In this document: positions 63,773-64,000 of the stretch, piece by piece
Position numbering within the stretch: position 1 is the stretch's first letter
Layout of the letters: each line of letters starts with the position of its first letter
Virus record (IMG/VR): IMGVR_UViG_2851976983_000001
Location: 36,474 to 100,473 of that record
Reading direction: 5' to 3' (one strand)
DNA: 64,000 nt
DNA from: a virus
Taxonomy: Duplodnaviria > Heunggongvirae > Uroviricota > Caudoviricetes
The notes under the pieces: generated by a model
What the model saw: only the letters and a program-made list of their open reading frames with translations
The model's database searches: none
Told to the model about the DNA's origin: nothing
Program-made: the position numbers and the translations under genes

Positions 63773-64000
63773 GCAGCCATCTCCCCGGAAGAGATCTTCT
63801 CCGCATATGCCACAAATGCGTCTACCCCGCTTTCTCCCGTCATTTCTTCCATGTGGGCAAGCAAATCACCAACAACAATGGCAGAGCCAGCAGGAAGCGT
63901 TTTAAAGCCCAATACGTCGACAACACGTACTTCTTCCGCTGCAACTTCACGACTGATCTCGGTGTGTTCATCCTTCTGTCGTTTAGTTTCTTCGCCAAGA
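63769..64000 (-). CDS. hypothetical protein, 5' end beyond the window
   Basis: Open frame from the window edge ending ...FVAYAEKISSGEMAA with a stop overlapping the ATPase start. Confidence 0.4.
   Translation of the reverse strand, partial: LGEETKRQKDEHTEISREVAAEEVRVVDVLGFKTLPAGSAIVVGDLLAHMEEMTGESGVDAFVAYAEKISSGEMAA

Overview
The window reads as about 64 kb of a mosaic temperate phage or phage-plasmid from an enterobacterial host, with nearly all genes on the minus strand; the annotation is by eye from motifs and gene order, with no database searches run. From high to low coordinates the modules are: packaging (small and large terminase, portal), head (scaffold, major capsid, Ig-like decoration protein), lambda-like tail (major tail, G/GT chaperones, tape measure, gpM/L/K/I/J-like), side tail fibre, lysis cassette (holin, lysin-like, Rz/Rz1), ParA-type partition pair, T4-like replication set (DnaB-type helicase, primase, ATP-dependent ligase, glutaredoxin, PhoH), a tRNA-Asn(GUU), tyrosine integrase, CobS/CobT-like AAA+/vWA pair, DnaE-type polymerase and a CspA-family gene. 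Both adsorption genes are interrupted by insertion sequences: IS2 sits in the side tail fibre, and an IS100 copy that itself carries an IS629-like element sits in the J-like central fibre, each with clean target-site duplications. The most promising unexplained content is a set of accessory cassettes between conserved modules: an HNH-like/lipoprotein/HEPN-like operon, an AT-rich orphan gene on the plus strand, a plus-strand GIY-YIG cassette, and a translationally coupled ABC-ATPase/GNAT pair upstream of the terminase. A recurrent ATAAGTA/TACTTAT palindromic motif, including two copies of a 55-bp palindrome, sits in front of many genes and looks like an element-specific promoter or operator. 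No CRISPR array or rRNA was seen.
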